Part shown: piece after piece, positions 31,954 through 32,000 of the stretch
Numbering within the stretch: position 1 is the stretch's first letter
Layout of the letters: the number at the start of each line of letters is the position of its first letter
The notes under the pieces: generated by a model
What the model saw: the letters and a program-made list of their open reading frames with translations, nothing else
Database searches by the model: none
Told to the model about the DNA's origin: nothing
Program-made: the position numbers and the translations under genes
Assembly: GCF_000011805.1 (NCBI RefSeq)
Contig: NC_006840.2
Source: Aliivibrio fischeri ES114
GTDB taxonomy: Bacteria; Pseudomonadota; Gammaproteobacteria; Enterobacterales; Vibrionaceae
Direction: 5' to 3' (one strand)
Length of the DNA stretch: 32,000 bases

Positions 31954-32000
31954 ATGACAGACAAGCGTAAAGACGAAAATAGTGGAAAGTTACTATATTG
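31954..32000 (+). CDS. clpX: ATP-dependent Clp protease ATP-binding subunit ClpX, N-terminus only (truncated by window end)
   Basis: MTDKRKDENSGKLLY... immediately downstream of clpP with AAGAGG RBS. Confidence 0.9.
   Translation, partial: MTDKRKDENSGKLLY

Overview
The window looks like ordinary core chromosome of a Vibrionaceae gammaproteobacterium (gene content and order resemble Aliivibrio/Vibrio; this is inference, no database was searched). In order: 3' end of prmC, sirB2, sirB1, kdsA (+); nitrite assimilation cluster nirB-nirD-nirC plus cobA-type uroporphyrinogen-III methyltransferase (-); a methyl-accepting chemotaxis protein with a near-consensus sigma-28 promoter (-); a 5'-nucleotidase lipoprotein (+); smrA (-); tRNA-Pro(TGG) (+); a copper operon copA - 24-aa smORF - DUF411 protein (-) diverging from cueR (+); cnoX/ybbN and ybbO (-); proVWX (-); yfcH (-) and yfcE (+); toxRS (-) diverging from htpG (+); adk, hemH, tig, clpP and the start of clpX (+). 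I found no CRISPR array, prophage, transposase, toxin-antitoxin or defence system, and no convincing undescribed multi-gene system. The best leads are small or non-coding: a 24-aa membrane microprotein with a strong RBS between copA and the DUF411 gene, a 6 x 7-bp CCCTAGT tandem array spanning the stop codon and 3'UTR of that operon, a densely structured leader upstream of tig, a second candidate microprotein (21 aa) downstream of ybbO, and a long near-perfect inverted repeat between proV and yfcH.
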